DNA from: Squalus acanthias
Lineage: Eukaryota
Length of the DNA stretch: 64,000 bases
Direction of reading: 5' to 3'
Assembly (NCBI GenBank): GCA_030390025.1
Contig: CM059431.1
Location: 120,840,001 to 120,904,000 of the forward strand
This document shows positions 62,649 to 64,000 of the stretch, in pieces (positions within the stretch are counted from its first letter, which is position 1; every line of letters begins with the position of its first letter). The notes below the pieces were generated by a model. That model was not told where the DNA came from and did not search any database. It saw only the letters and a list, made by a program, of their open reading frames with translations. The position numbers and the translations under genes are program-made.

Positions 62649-63643
62649 TTCTGTATAAAAGATTAAATTGTTAAAGTAAGCAATGAATTAAACATCGACA
62701 GTTGAAAAGGTTGACAGAGAACATAGATTATCGGATGTTATGGGTGTAAATACTTGGTCAACTACTTTATTTGGTTTTATATATCAGTGTTGTTCAATAC
62801 ATTAGCCACTAGACACATGCAGCTAATTGGGAATCCAGATGTGGCTAATTGCATTTATGATTAGTAAATAAAAAATGAGTAATAGACACTGTTTTTGGGC
62901 ATGTAATCTCAAAACTCATATTCGTATGGCGTCTGCATGTGTACTTTAGCCTTTTTCTGTATTTGTTGGCAAGATGGCAAGCAGAGAGTACAAGTATGTT
63001 TAAATGTTTACATAGTACTTTACAGTTTAGACAAAATTGACAGAAAAGCTTCATTCAAAAACACAATAACAGGAATAAGGTTTGTGACAGGGATGGGTAA
63101 AAAAATTAGGCCTTGCCAGAGGTGTCCACATCACGGGAACAGACTAAAAAAGGAGGCTCATGCTATATTGAAGACTTTTAACATATATGTATATATATAA
63201 TATATATGTGGGTGCTTTACTTCCTTGGTTACCGAATGGTGGTAGATGTTTGATAAGTAAAAATATATATAGGTGAAGTGCATTTACCTGTACTGTGTGA
63301 ATGTATGTAAAGTGTTTTCTACTAAAATATCTGTGGTTAGTCAGAAATTTCTATTGAACAAAACTGTTATATATAACAGCATTTTAATGAAATAAAATAT
63401 TTCCACCATCAGTCCATATATAAACTAGATAAGGACCTTGAAAGTCAGTTTTTATTGCTGATTTCAAAACCTCAGTTTTTTTTCAGTTTTTATTTTTAGT
63501 TTCAAAAGCCGGTTGAAAACCACGGGAGGAGAAATAGGTCCCCAAACCAGGGTAAATTTGGAGAGAATCAGTAAACAATTATTTTTTATTTAAAATATAC
63601 TAAACCTCAAGAAAACAAGCAAGCGATGAACTTTTAAAGAACA

Positions 63644-63878
63644 GAAAACGCTGGAAAAACTCAGCAGGCGAGGCAGCATCCGTGGAGAGAGAAACAGAGT
63701 TAACGTTTCAGGTCGAAGACCTTTCATCAGAACTGTTCTGAAAAGTTCTGATGAAAGGTCTTCGACCTGAAACGTTAACTCTGTTTCTCTCTCCACGGAT
63801 GCTGCCTCGCCTGCTGAGTTTTTCCAGCGTTTTCTGTTGTTATTTCGGATTTCCAGCATCTGCAGTATTTTGCTATCA
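63644..63878. mobile_element. Short Penelope terminal-repeat insertion forming a perfect inverted repeat
   Basis: 95-bp arms at 63640-63734 and 63744-63838 with a 9-nt spacer. 15-bp TSD AACTTTTAAAGAACA at 63629-63643 and 63879-63893. Homologous to 59745-59881. Confidence 0.88.
63744..63780 (+). ncRNA. Minimal type I hammerhead ribozyme motif (Penelope-associated); mirror copy on - strand at 63698-63734
   Basis: AGTT-CTGATGA-aAGGTC(TTC)GACCT-GAAAC|GT-T-AACT: intact core, stem I AGTT/AACT, stem II hairpin, loopless palindromic stem III. Confidence 0.7.
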
Positions 63879-63894
63879 AACTTTTAAAGAACAT

Positions 63895-64000
63895 GGCCTA
63901 GAAATTAGTTCACACCCAACTTTGGGCATGAGCCCAGTGGCAAGCATGAATCGCCGGGCAAGAGATCCAGGCGGAATTGGCTGCCTTGGGTCACCAGACC
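63895..64000. mobile_element. Start of Harbinger-type MITE running off the window
   Basis: GGCCTAGAAATT terminus, the reverse complement of the AATTTCTAGGCC end near 42771-42782. Confidence 0.45.

Overview
Repeat-dense eukaryotic genomic DNA, very probably from a cartilaginous fish (shark/ray). That assignment is inferred from the repeat inventory: CR1/HER1-type LINEs, L2 fragments, Deu-domain tRNA SINEs, Penelope elements and Harbinger transposons/MITEs. No confidently identifiable host gene is present; only a few weak candidate exons are seen. Highlight 1: the 3' end of an envelope-bearing endogenous LTR element. It has an uninterrupted ORF of more than 670 codons encoding a class I fusion protein whose architecture (furin site RQRR, fusion peptide, heptad repeat, ~453-aa Cys-rich post-cleavage subunit, TM) resembles paramyxo-/baculovirus F rather than orthoretroviral SU/TM. 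It is followed by a PPT and a 1,670-bp LTR, and sits inserted head-to-head inside a related LTR; a third related solo LTR lies at 19993-21679. Highlight 2: a full-length compact CsRN1-type Ty3/Gypsy element (tRNA-Trp PBS, CHCC Gag). Highlight 3: two two-gene Harbinger transposons plus a swarm of MITEs. Highlight 4: Penelope-derived minimal hammerhead-ribozyme motifs at three loci, including a perfect 95-bp palindrome. Highlight 5: a near full-length APE-RT LINE carrying a tRNA/SINE-like Pol III head instead of ORF1. All calls are by eye; no database searches were run.
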